In this document: in pieces, positions 55,655-64,000 of the stretch | How the letters are laid out: each line of letters begins with the position of its first letter | Numbering within the stretch: position 1 is the first letter of the stretch | Source: a virus | Direction: 5' to 3' (one strand) | DNA length: 64,000 nucleotides | Virus record (IMG/VR): IMGVR_UViG_3300045988_119069 | Program-made: the position numbers and the translations under genes | The notes under the pieces: generated by a model | What the model was told of the DNA's origin: nothing | What the model saw: only the letters and a program-made list of their open reading frames with translations | The model's database searches: none

Positions 55655-56956
55655 ATGGCAACACTTCCAGACAACTTTATCGGAAAGGATGCGCTTCAGC
55701 ATGTAGCCGAGCAGGTTTCTAAGGAAATCCTCATGGGCATTGGTTATACCGATCCCGCTGAGACCGACCGTCTTGGTATCGACATTATCAGCGATCAGCA
55801 GTTTAAGCGTACCTTCCACATTCTTCTCCGCAAGGGTGGTACAACCCGTCGTAAAGACGTTCACTCAGTAGTAAACAGTCAGGCGGGATTTTTGACTGAG
55901 CGTACTCTTGTCGCCCGTCTTGCTTGGGATCACTTTACCGATTCTATTGACGCATATTGTGAAACAGTATTCGGTACGGACGCTCAGGGTCAGTACCCGA
56001 TGTCAACAGCAGCGGTAGAAGCGATCCTTCGTAATTACGCCGACAACCTTGCTGCTAACTTCTGGTTTGGCGACATCTCGCTCGACGATGGCAAGGAAAA
56101 CGTTCCTGCCCACGATCAGGCATTGGCTCTCTATGACGGTATTCACACCTGCATCAAGCATGACATCGAGGCTGGCATTATCTCTGAGGCTAACGGCAAC
56201 CTCATTCCTTGCGAGCTTATCGACGCTCCAGCTGACAACAATGACTCTACACCTTACGACAACTTCTACAACTGGTACCTGAAGTGGGACGCTCGTCTGC
56301 GCAAGCAGAAGACTCTTGTCTATATGAACGAAATCACTGCTCATAACATCGCAGCCGGCTATGCTAACAAGTATCACGGTAACTACAAGGTTGATTATGA
56401 CGCAGGTGGCAACTTCGTTTTGCCTGGCATGTCAAAGGTTACAATCTGTCCTGTTTCTGACTTTGGTGTAGGTGACCGTATGTACGCCACTGTACCGAAG
56501 AACCTTGTTTACGGTGTAGATACACTTAGCAACGAGACTTATGTGGGCGTTAAGGTCGGCACGGACACAGATTTACGCCAAATCCAACTCCAAATTCAGT
56601 CAATACAGGGAGCCGGACTGAAGGTGCCCTACGCACACTCGTTTGCAATGTCGGACGGTAATCTCGCTAACCCTGACTTTGTAGCTGGTGATTACACCAA
56701 CTCTAACCTCGTTGTTACTCTCGCAAAGGCTAACGCTCAGGACGAGGGCAACATCGACGGAACAGTGAAGGTGAATGGTGCTCCCTACAAGAATCCTATT
56801 GAGACTTCTGTAAATCAGGTTATCTCGCTTGAGGCAGCTGACGGCACCAACTACAAGTTTGTAAACTGGAGCAATGGTTCGACCGAGAAGAAGATCCAGC
56901 TCACTGCCACTGGCATGAGCATGGGCTTGATAGCCTTCTTCAAGAAGAACGGCTAA
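55655..56956 (+). CDS. major capsid protein (by position), with a C-terminal Ig-like/repeat-like extension
   Basis: 433 aa, directly after the protease/scaffold gene. C-terminus ...NYKFVNWSNGSTEKKIQL. No motif-level proof. Confidence 0.6.
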   Translation: MATLPDNFIGKDALQHVAEQVSKEILMGIGYTDPAETDRLGIDIISDQQFKRTFHILLRKGGTTRRKDVHSVVNSQAGFLTERTLVARLAWDHFTDSIDAYCETVFGTDAQGQYPMSTAAVEAILRNYADNLAANFWFGDISLDDGKENVPAHDQALALYDGIHTCIKHDIEAGIISEANGNLIPCELIDAPADNNDSTPYDNFYNWYLKWDARLRKQKTLVYMNEITAHNIAAGYANKYHGNYKVDYDAGGNFVLPGMSKVTICPVSDFGVGDRMYATVPKNLVYGVDTLSNETYVGVKVGTDTDLRQIQLQIQSIQGAGLKVPYAHSFAMSDGNLANPDFVAGDYTNSNLVVTLAKANAQDEGNIDGTVKVNGAPYKNPIETSVNQVISLEAADGTNYKFVNWSNGSTEKKIQLTATGMSMGLIAFFKKNG

Positions 56957-57077
56957 TCCCGCGAGGCGGTTTCTTTTATCTCTATAAATCCCCGGCGGCG
57001 GTCGCTTGACCTGACGGAAAACAGTGACCGTCGCCATTTCTTTTTTCGGATAACACAACACAAAAACTTATAAGAAT

Positions 57078-57641
57078 ATGGCAGTAACAGCAACATGTCC
57101 TGAGATTAAGGACGTTCTCGCAGCTAATGAATGTCTTGAGAACTTTGGTGGTCTTGGTGTCAATGTCTACGTCTTCAATAAGGCAGACCTTAAAGCTCCC
57201 TTGAAGGCCGAAAAGAACATCTACCCTGCATTGACCTCTGAGTCGTTCAACACTGGTAAGGGTCTTTACAAATTCGAGTGTAAGGAGAGTAGCCAGGGTC
57301 ACTCTTTTGAGTCACTTGGCCGAAGAGGCGGTTATAAACAGACGATTGACTATGTACTCGAAAGCGTAAACGCAGAGTCGGCAGAAGTGGCGCGAGCTCT
57401 GAACAACCTCGACCTTGGCTACATCTTCCAGGATGGTGAGAAGAACATCATCGTGTACGATTCTCAGCATAAGGTAGAGTACGCTTCCGGTGGCATTAAG
57501 GGCGACACGGGCAAGAAATCAGACGATGAACGTAGCGTTGTTTGTAGCGGAACTCTCCAGCCTACAGCATACGGACGTTATGAGATTGCAGAGCCTGAGA
57601 CCGGCGGTTGGGACTCGCTCCTTGCGACAAAAAAAGAGTAA
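57078..57641 (+). CDS. structural protein (187 aa); a probable -1 frameshift product would extend to 57763
   Basis: Follows the capsid gene. An A7 run at 57629-57635 precedes the stop. The -1 frame stays open for 42 codons up to the terminator. Confidence 0.65.
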   Translation: MAVTATCPEIKDVLAANECLENFGGLGVNVYVFNKADLKAPLKAEKNIYPALTSESFNTGKGLYKFECKESSQGHSFESLGRRGGYKQTIDYVLESVNAESAEVARALNNLDLGYIFQDGEKNIIVYDSQHKVEYASGGIKGDTGKKSDDERSVVCSGTLQPTAYGRYEIAEPETGGWDSLLATKKE

Positions 57642-57800
57642 GCGATATTGACGCACAGAGCGAGGACAATATCGCAAAAGAAGTGCTCGACAATGCCGAT
57701 TCTTCTTTCTTCAGTACAAGTGACGAAGAGGAAGGAACAACGGCAAAGAAGAGCAAAAAGTAATCGCTCATACGAGGAAGGTTTTTCATCATACGACAAT

Positions 57801-57848
57801 TCCCTGCATCAATTCTTTATATAAAAGGTATTGATGCAGGGATTTTTT
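57801..57848 (+). terminator. strong intrinsic terminator (13-bp stem + T6)
   Basis: TCCCTGCATCAAT ... ATTGATGCAGGGA followed by TTTTTT. Confidence 0.85.
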
Positions 57849-57934
57849 ATTATACACATATTAGTATTTTGACAAAATAATACTAAAATTAGCATTTCTA
57901 ATATCAAAGCGAAACCAAATACGATAAATACCTG

Positions 57935-57942
57935 TAACTTTG
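57935..57942 (+). promoter_or_regulatory. -7 promoter box TAACTTTG for the LysR gene
   Basis: Matches TAnnTTTG. Confidence 0.5.
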
Positions 57943-58008
57943 CAATTAGAAAAGATTTTTTGATTACGTTTTGTTGTAAACGTAGAATAACTAAAACTTA
58001 TAGGATTT

Positions 58009-58935
58009 ATGGAACTAAGACATTTGCGTTCGTTTGTAAACGTAGCTGAAACCAAGTTATTTAGTATGGCAGCCACACGTTGTTGCGTCACCCAGTCGGC
58101 GGTAAGCCAGCACATTCGTGCCCTGGAGGACGAGTTGGGCTGCAAATTGCTTATCCGCACATCACACGGCATTATGCTCACCGAAAGCGGCGAAGCCCTG
58201 TTGCCTCGTGCCAAAGAAATACTGAAGCAGACCGAGGACTGCAAAGAGCAAATCTATGCCCTCAACAACTGCATGACGGGCGAACTGCGTATAGGCGTAG
58301 GTTCGTTTATTGCTCCGTACGTCCGTATGGCAGCATTGATATTCATGGAGAGATACCCTAACGTGCGTATCAATGCCGACTTTACTAAAGCCTACATCCT
58401 CAACCAATCGCTAAGAGCGCACATGTTAGACCTTGCTTTCACCATGAATATGGCATACCGCCACGAAGGAATAGAGTCGAGACCCTGCATACCCTTTAAC
58501 GTGTATGCTATCATGCGCGATACCCATCCGCTTGCCTCGCTCTCAAAGGTGTCGTATGAGGACATTCTGAAGCACCCCATCATCATGCCCGACATAGGCG
58601 AACGTGCCATTGAGACCTTTCAGCAATACATACAGCGCGACCTATATAAGCTCAATATCAAGTGCATCATCAGCGACCCTGACGAAGCTCTTGCCTCGGT
58701 GGAAGAAACCAAGTATATAACCTTCATGCCTAAGCTCTACCTGCGCAACCACCCTACCCTTGTGGCACGTCCAATCGTAGGATTCGAACAGCAGTTGATG
58801 AGCAACGCCCACTGTATGCAGGACGTACCAAAGAAGCGAGCTGCACAACTCTTCCTCGACATCATCCGCGACGAGGTAGTGCCATACATTTCCGTAGCCG
58901 AAGAGTCGCAAGGAAAGTTCACACCGCCACCTTGA
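58009..58935 (+). CDS. LysR-family transcriptional regulator
   Basis: N-terminal HTH MELRHLRSFVNVAETKLFSMAATRCCVTQSAVSQHIRALEDELGCKLL plus a ~200-aa substrate-binding domain. Confidence 0.9.
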   Translation: MELRHLRSFVNVAETKLFSMAATRCCVTQSAVSQHIRALEDELGCKLLIRTSHGIMLTESGEALLPRAKEILKQTEDCKEQIYALNNCMTGELRIGVGSFIAPYVRMAALIFMERYPNVRINADFTKAYILNQSLRAHMLDLAFTMNMAYRHEGIESRPCIPFNVYAIMRDTHPLASLSKVSYEDILKHPIIMPDIGERAIETFQQYIQRDLYKLNIKCIISDPDEALASVEETKYITFMPKLYLRNHPTLVARPIVGFEQQLMSNAHCMQDVPKKRAAQLFLDIIRDEVVPYISVAEESQGKFTPPP

Positions 58936-58964
58936 TAGTCATTAGATTTTCTTATAATGAACTG

Positions 58965-58994
58965 AGCCTCACGTTAGCAGCGTGAGGCTTTTTA
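58965..58994 (+). terminator. intrinsic terminator after the LysR gene
   Basis: AGCCTCACG ... CGTGAGGCT followed by TTTT. Confidence 0.8.
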
Positions 58995-59077
58995 ATTTTA
59001 GTATTAGCCGAAATTATATGTTATCCCATAGCAAGAACACTTAATAAGAAACTCTTCGCCCACACCACTTTCTCCCA

Positions 59078-59085
59078 TACCTTTG
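59078..59085 (+). promoter_or_regulatory. -7 promoter box TACCTTTG
   Basis: Matches TAnnTTTG, 15 nt before ATG 59100. Confidence 0.5.
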
Positions 59086-59099
59086 CAATAAGTTCAATA

Positions 59100-59645
59100 A
59101 TGAACGAAACCAACCAAACACAAACAACTATGCAGATTAAAACTAATGACGGCAACTATGATGTTGCCAGCAAGGGACTCGGCAACACAGCCTTGGGTCT
59201 CGGCATCGCAGGCTTGGCAACGAGCCTATTGGGAGGCAGCGCCTCGCTTCTGGGCATGGGTAGAAACAACGGCATGACCGCCAATCCTACCGACCCTGAC
59301 GCGCGTTTCGTAACTAAGAGTGAGACTAACCTTATCCAGGAGAACAGCACTCTGAAGACCGAACTCGCCATTCAGAAGAGCGAGAACTACACCGACAAGA
59401 AGCTCGTGGAAGTGACACAGTATCTCGACACGAAGTTGCGCCGTGTGGAAGACAAGGTGGATGCAAACAAGGATGCGCAGCAAGCCGTCAACGCACAGCA
59501 GATGGCTTACAATGCGGCTGCTAACGCCAGCATCGACGTGCTCAAGTCGCAGGTGGCATCGTTGTCGAGCGTAACCAAGCTGTTCATCCCTTCAACCAAC
59601 GTATGCCAGACCGGTTGCGGTTGCGGTTGCGGATGCAATCAGTAG
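59100..59645 (+). CDS. membrane-anchored coiled-coil protein with a C-terminal (Gly-Cys)4 tail
   Basis: Gly-rich TM segment GLGIAGLATSLLGGSASLLGMG, a coiled-coil-like middle and the C-terminus TGCGCGCGCNQ. TAG stop. Confidence 0.65.
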   Translation: MNETNQTQTTMQIKTNDGNYDVASKGLGNTALGLGIAGLATSLLGGSASLLGMGRNNGMTANPTDPDARFVTKSETNLIQENSTLKTELAIQKSENYTDKKLVEVTQYLDTKLRRVEDKVDANKDAQQAVNAQQMAYNAAANASIDVLKSQVASLSSVTKLFIPSTNVCQTGCGCGCGCNQ

Positions 59646-59671
59646 GAGAATGATGTAATCCTGTTGTATAT

Positions 59672-60094
59672 ATGGAATACAAAAACTCACAAATTTTGGC
59701 GGCAGTCGTGTCCGAATGGGCACGACCCGCCATTTCGCAGATAGCCGCAGGCAACCTCATGCGCCTACCCATGCTTCAGTCTCTGCAAGCCACCATCAGC
59801 TCGTTAGGCATTGTTAGCGGCAACTATGCCCTACAGAAGGACATCGAACCACTCATTCAGCCCATCGTCAACTCGCTCGTCGCACCTATGCTTGCCCGAT
59901 ATTTCGGTCAGATACCCGAAGAGAGCATACCGCAGATGGCACACGACATAGTGGAGAAGATGCGAGGTAACGGACCGCTGTCGGTGCTCGAAGGCATGGT
60001 GACGTTTGAGGAGGAAGACCTCAACGAGCTTGCCGATCTTCTTGACAAGAACCTTCCCGTAGAACAGACGCAAGGCTATCATGTAAAACATTAA
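59672..60094 (+). CDS. hypothetical protein (140 aa)
   Basis: ORF track. Confidence 0.6.
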   Translation: MEYKNSQILAAVVSEWARPAISQIAAGNLMRLPMLQSLQATISSLGIVSGNYALQKDIEPLIQPIVNSLVAPMLARYFGQIPEESIPQMAHDIVEKMRGNGPLSVLEGMVTFEEEDLNELADLLDKNLPVEQTQGYHVKH

Positions 60095-60152
60095 ACAGAG
60101 TAACAACACCAGCGGCGGCAAGCATCGTCGCTATAATAAAACAGAAACGATT

Positions 60153-60581
60153 ATGAACAAACGTACCATTCCGGCTATCATCATAGCCACACTTGCGGCA
60201 GGTGCAACCGCCGCCGCACCCTATTATGATGTCAACATCACACAGCAGCTCTGCACACCGGCTTGTGTAGACGAGACTCCCGTGTTCGCTCCGAAGTTCT
60301 CCGTCAAGAGCATTGCCAACGTAGGCACCTCACAGTATATCATCGTCATTCACGTTGAGGGCGTAATAAACTACATCCCTTGCAACTGCGGCTCGTGCTG
60401 CACACGCTCACAAGTGGTGTCGCAAGACTTCACCATTCCTGTGTTCAGCGCCACCGCCATCAATTCGGCAACAATAGCAGTGGGAACCGTCCAGAACGGC
60501 ATAGCACGCATGTCGTGCTGCAGCTGTTCCAAGACTTTCGTTTCCGACTGCCCCGTAACGCTCACCCTTGTAACTACATAA
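60153..60581 (+). CDS. secreted Cys-rich protein (142 aa; 10 Cys by my count)
   Basis: Signal-like N-terminus IPAIIIATLAAGATAAA. Cys clusters CNCGSCC and SCCSCS. Confidence 0.65.
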   Translation: MNKRTIPAIIIATLAAGATAAAPYYDVNITQQLCTPACVDETPVFAPKFSVKSIANVGTSQYIIVIHVEGVINYIPCNCGSCCTRSQVVSQDFTIPVFSATAINSATIAVGTVQNGIARMSCCSCSKTFVSDCPVTLTLVTT

Positions 60582-60585
60582 AGCC

Positions 60586-60885
60586 ATGATAGTTCTGATA
60601 GCTATAGCCACCATGATAGCCGCCACGCTCGCCCAACACCTCGGACTGGCCGAAGCCATTGCCCATGTTGTTGACAAGGTGGCATCATGCCCTCAGTGTT
60701 TCACTTTTTGGGTTACAATGTCGGCGTTGCTCTACCTCGGCTACGATGTCTACACATCGACGCTGGCGGCTATTGTGGTGGCATATCTGTCAAACTGGTT
60801 TGTGTTGTTGCTGCTTATTCTTCAACGTAAATTCACAAAGCTATATGAAAAAGAAAGACACACCACCGACCGCCTCGAACACTGA
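60586..60885 (+). CDS. small 3-TM membrane protein (holin-like topology)
   Basis: Three hydrophobic segments in 99 aa. Confidence 0.55.
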   Translation: MIVLIAIATMIAATLAQHLGLAEAIAHVVDKVASCPQCFTFWVTMSALLYLGYDVYTSTLAAIVVAYLSNWFVLLLLILQRKFTKLYEKERHTTDRLEH

Positions 60886-61017
60886 GGCAAAGGCAGAAAG
60901 CAAGCCCGAAGCGCAGACCTTCTATCCTATATTGCATGTCTCTGTGCAAAAAAGCCTGATTGTCCCACATTTTCGGGGCATTTGCCCTACATGTTAAACA
61001 TATAAAACTCAAACAAA

Positions 61018-61521
61018 ATGAATTACAAACAGATGATTGAACAGGCTCGTGCCAATGGTATGGCTACCGAGAAGAAGATGTGGGCAGCGGTAGAAACTCT
61101 TTCTACCGACCTCCTTGCGCTTGAGCAGACAGACCCTAAGCTCTACTGGCACATATTGCGCCGTCAGCACGCCGTTCTCTACGGACGGCACTATTCTGAG
61201 AAGATGGCTAACCACGATGTGAACGCTCTTGTCTATAGCGGCATGTACGATGAAGAGGGTATGCCAACCGGCGGCGGCGCACATTGGACCCGTATCAAGG
61301 TAGACGAGCTGACTAAGGGCATGAAGTTTCACGCCAATGTCAACGCATGGGACAAATACGTCGCCTTCAACTCTATGTATGCCGACCTTTGTGCTTGCAT
61401 GAGCGAGGAAGAGATAATCAAAGCCGCCTACGCTTTCTACTTTTGCGATGACGACTGGCAGCCATGCGAAGATGATTGCACTAAGGTATGGGACTATAAC
61501 GCCCTACACGCCACCCTCTAA
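61018..61521 (+). CDS. hypothetical protein (167 aa)
   Basis: ORF track. Confidence 0.65.
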   Translation: MNYKQMIEQARANGMATEKKMWAAVETLSTDLLALEQTDPKLYWHILRRQHAVLYGRHYSEKMANHDVNALVYSGMYDEEGMPTGGGAHWTRIKVDELTKGMKFHANVNAWDKYVAFNSMYADLCACMSEEEIIKAAYAFYFCDDDWQPCEDDCTKVWDYNALHATL

Positions 61522-61547
61522 CACTTGGCTTTTACATTTGTTTTTAA

Positions 61548-61616
61548 GCCAATGGAAAACTCGAAATTAACAGAAAATTTGCACTCTTTTCTGTTTCTTT
61601 TGTGTATTCTGTTGGC
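61548..61616 (+). repeat. intergenic hairpin element (CCAA[C/T] family)
   Basis: GCCAATGGAAAACTCGAAATTAACAGAAAA ... CTTTTCTGTTTCTTTTGTGTATTCTGTTGGC. The loop carries TTGCACTCTT. Confidence 0.7.
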
Positions 61617-61745
61617 TTATATTTTTTTCGTGCAAATAGCAAAATTCGTTGTCCCCTCCCCGTCGTTGTCCGCTTTTGATGTCCGCCCCACCAAAATAAC
61701 TTTCCCTATCTTTGTCCTCGGAAAGTTTAATTAATTTATTGTTTT

Positions 61746-62831
61746 ATGTTCAACACACCCGATACCCGCAGCATCGACCTGCGTATGCCCCGTTCGTGGA
61801 ACGAGTGCACCACCGAGCAGCTTGAGCTAATCTCCCGCGTCATGCTTGAGCAGATACAGCGCGTGGACCGCTATCATCCCTTTGACATGCGCAACGTGAA
61901 GATAGCTTGTTTCTTCCTGCTTGCCGAAGTAGATATAGTGAAAGGTCCTGACGAGTCGCTGCCAATCGAAGACCAGTACTATCTGTGCCGGATGGCATCC
62001 GACCGTCCGCGCCGCATCCGTCTGCCCCGCAAGAGCGATGACGAGAAGGTTTTCCCTATTTATCTCTGGCAGCTCAACTATTGGCTTACGGCCAAGTCCA
62101 AGACCGACGACCGCAACTCGCCCGAATACATTGCTGCAGGAGCCGGCACACTCGACTGGATGGATAGCGAGAAGGACAGTCCGCTCACACGTTTCCCCTA
62201 CCCCACGCTTCGCCTACGCAATCCGCAGCACTGGTTACGCAAGCGCACCGAGTTCTCTGGTCCGGCGCAGGATATGGACGGCTTCTCTTGGCAGCAATAC
62301 CGCTTTGCCTCCGACCTCATGGGGCAATACACCTCGCTCGACAACAATCTTATCAAGATGAAGAAGATGGGTAAGTTCACGGCCGAACAGATGCAGTTGC
62401 AAGCTGACAGCGTAGACCAGGCACGCTCCATGTTCCTCGCCACCATCTTCAACCAACGCATCCCCTACCTCGACCCGAACACCTCGCTGCGCACCGTAGA
62501 CTTCCATTACGACACCCGTCAGTTCAACGACAACGCAGCCTACTTTCGTCGCTTCCCCGACCACCAATGGCAACCCATCCTCTTCTGGTGGACCGGTATG
62601 ATGCACACCCTCTCACGGCGTTATCCTCATGTATTCAAGGTGCAGAAAATCGACCGCACACAGCGACCCTCCACCCCACTTGAGATATATACCGCCACCA
62701 TCGCCACCATGCAGAAATACGCCTCGCTCACCGAAGACCAGGTAAACAACCAGTCGTATTCGCTTGTATTGGAGCATCTGGAGCGACTCTCGAAGGAGAA
62801 TGAAGATATGGAGAAACTGCGGAAGAATTGA
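61746..62831 (+). CDS. hypothetical protein (361 aa)
   Basis: ORF track. Confidence 0.7.
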   Translation: MFNTPDTRSIDLRMPRSWNECTTEQLELISRVMLEQIQRVDRYHPFDMRNVKIACFFLLAEVDIVKGPDESLPIEDQYYLCRMASDRPRRIRLPRKSDDEKVFPIYLWQLNYWLTAKSKTDDRNSPEYIAAGAGTLDWMDSEKDSPLTRFPYPTLRLRNPQHWLRKRTEFSGPAQDMDGFSWQQYRFASDLMGQYTSLDNNLIKMKKMGKFTAEQMQLQADSVDQARSMFLATIFNQRIPYLDPNTSLRTVDFHYDTRQFNDNAAYFRRFPDHQWQPILFWWTGMMHTLSRRYPHVFKVQKIDRTQRPSTPLEIYTATIATMQKYASLTEDQVNNQSYSLVLEHLERLSKENEDMEKLRKN

Positions 62832-62871
62832 TGACAATAACATTAACAAACATAACGGATTTATAGACATT

Positions 62872-63258
62872 ATGACAAAAGAAGACACAAGAAAACTCAT
62901 CGCTGTAATGCAGGCGTATGTGGACGGCAAGCAGATATAGTGCACGGATGACGAATCAGAAATTTGGATAGATGTAGAATCACCCGAATGGCATCCCAAC
63001 TACGACTACCGCGTAAAGCCTAATCTTACTTACAGACCTTTCCTTAACGCCCAGGAGTGTTGGCAGGAGATGCAGAGACATAAGCCGTTCGGATTGGTAA
63101 AATTCATCGGAACTTACTCTGCCGTCGTTGCTGTTAGCAATGTGGATGTGAGCGTGGCAACTGTGGATGGAGAGGTTGTCGTTTATCCATTCGTTGATGT
63201 AAAGGAAGACCACACCTTCGTTGACGGCACGCCTTTCGGCATCAAGGAGGAACGCTAA
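62872..63258 (+). CDS. small phage protein (129 codons including the final stop) containing one in-frame TAG (62938-62940)
   Basis: ATG follows the early leader GGATTTATAGACATTATG. The frame is continuous through the TAG into track ORF 63070..63258. Confidence 0.55.
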
Positions 63259-63265
63259 AGGTTTT

Positions 63266-63361
63266 CACATCGGATTGACGGATTCAACGGATCTTTGTTT
63301 ATTATCGAATGACGCGAATGAGACAAACTGAAAAATTCGTAAAATCCGCGAAATCCGATGG
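63266..63361 (+). repeat. intergenic hairpin element (CATCGGAT subfamily)
   Basis: CATCGGATTGACGGATTCAACGGATC ... ATTCGTAAAATCCGCGAAATCCGATGG. Each arm holds three words spaced 8-9 nt. Confidence 0.75.
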
Positions 63362-63398
63362 CTATAATATTAACAATATAAATGGTTTATAGAGAACA

Positions 63399-63662
63399 AT
63401 GAAGATACATAAAGGAAGACAATACATCGTAACCGTCAATTGGGAATATGTTCATCAAATGTATATGCGTCAGGCTGGAGAGAAGAAGCCGCAGAGTGAG
63501 GTTGTTCGTGCAGTAATGAAAGATATAGACGATTTTCTTGAAGGCAAGACAAAGAGGATAGTCCGTTTAATCTTGCCCGACGGGTCTCCATCGTTCACCA
63601 TTACACCACTTGTGCGGCATAACCTGCAAGAACGACGAAAGGCGAAGCGAAGAAAGAGATAA
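63399..63662 (+). CDS. hypothetical basic protein (87 aa)
   Basis: ORF track; leader GGTTTATAGAGAACAATG. Confidence 0.55.
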   Translation: MKIHKGRQYIVTVNWEYVHQMYMRQAGEKKPQSEVVRAVMKDIDDFLEGKTKRIVRLILPDGSPSFTITPLVRHNLQERRKAKRRKR

Positions 63663-63695
63663 ACGATGTGAGTATTAACGAAAATATAGAGAATC

Positions 63696-64000
63696 ATGGG
63701 AAGATATGCAACAAGGGCGATATTAAGGTATTATTGCGCCCAAGCCGGCATCACGCTCTACTCCCATCGGCTCGATGGTGTCTCCTATCAGTATTGTGCC
63801 GGAGGATATGTCGTGAATGGCTATTTGGGACGTAGCAAGTCATGGTCTGATTTGAAATATTGTATGCAGCAAAAACTTATCTTTTTGCTAAAGTATGGCT
63901 CTGATGACAATCCTACGATATACAGCGATGGAATAGTTATAGAGTGGCACAAAGAGCCGCACGCAATTCTGCCGTTAGCCCAACCTCTTATCGACAACAA
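63696..64000 (+). CDS. 5' part of an ORF running off the window end
   Basis: ATG 63696 (MGRYATRAILRYYCAQAG...) with no stop for 101 codons. Absent from the track because it is incomplete. Confidence 0.5.
   Translation, partial: MGRYATRAILRYYCAQAGITLYSHRLDGVSYQYCAGGYVVNGYLGRSKSWSDLKYCMQQKLIFLLKYGSDDNPTIYSDGIVIEWHKEPHAILPLAQPLIDN

Noticed and set aside
61525-61734. A 69-aa ORF.
   Set aside because: It spans hairpin element 61548-61616 and an AT-rich leader. It starts at TTG/GTG rather than ATG, and its hydrophobic composition comes from a T-rich strand.
1-64000. Global stop-codon reassignment (genetic code 15, TAG as Gln) and a suppressor tRNA.
   Set aside because: All large genes (2029, 1228, 665, 533, 507 and 433 aa) are intact under the standard code. 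About 10 genes terminate in TAG. The only tRNA found has anticodon CAU, not CUA. Only two genes have internal TAGs, so limited read-through or pseudogenisation remains possible but whole-genome recoding does not.
1-64000. Integrase, attP, transposase, toxin-antitoxin, CRISPR-Cas, reverse transcriptase (DGR/retron) and complete R-M systems.
   Set aside because: I recognised none of these from motifs in any ORF of the track. Only orphan or truncated methyltransferases are present.

Overview
This 64-kb window is a segment of a tailed, siphovirus-type phage genome that also carries a plasmid-style partition and replication module, so it reads as a phage-plasmid. The host is probably a Bacteroidota member; this is inferred from recurrent TAnnTTTG -7 promoter boxes, the absence of Shine-Dalgarno sequences and A-rich leaders. 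Layout, left to right: (i) 0.3-12 kb holds about 25 small same-strand early ORFs in a repeated cassette layout (GC hairpin, TATTATARA, TTTATAGAnTATG leader). They include a truncated HsdM-like methyltransferase, very acidic proteins and a minimal NAD-ligase with a membrane anchor. (ii) 12.2-18.4 kb holds lipoprotein morons, an A/C-only repeat tract, parA plus an RHH parG-like gene, a 4+3 x 22-bp iteron origin and a Rep initiator. (iii) 18.5-33 kb holds an XRE-type regulator with back-to-back promoters, then a replication module (DEDDh exonuclease, 1228-aa primase-helicase, SSB-like protein, beta clamp). No polymerase was seen. (iv) 33.1-39.3 kb on the minus strand holds the large terminase, an NPPY methyltransferase, a PP-loop/PAPS-reductase-like gene and a radical SAM gene. 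(v) 39.7-47.6 kb holds a holin-like gene and a 2029-aa tape measure. (vi) 48.3-53.7 kb holds a VirE_N/PriCT primase-like protein, a guanylate-kinase-like kinase, a divergent ThyX and MazG. (vii) The rest holds an initiator-like tRNA-Met(CAU), an S49 prohead protease/scaffold, the major capsid gene, then a LysR moron and Cys-rich membrane/secreted genes. Most unusual observations: two otherwise intact genes each contain one in-frame TAG, and the protease TAG stop is in frame with the capsid gene. There is a family of at least 8 intergenic hairpin elements with 9-nt periodic arms and compensatory arm changes. A probable -1 frameshift site (A7) extends the post-capsid gene. The SSB-like protein and the primase-helicase share an ANED(D/N)xPF C-terminal tip. 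All functional calls come from motif recognition by eye; no searches were run.
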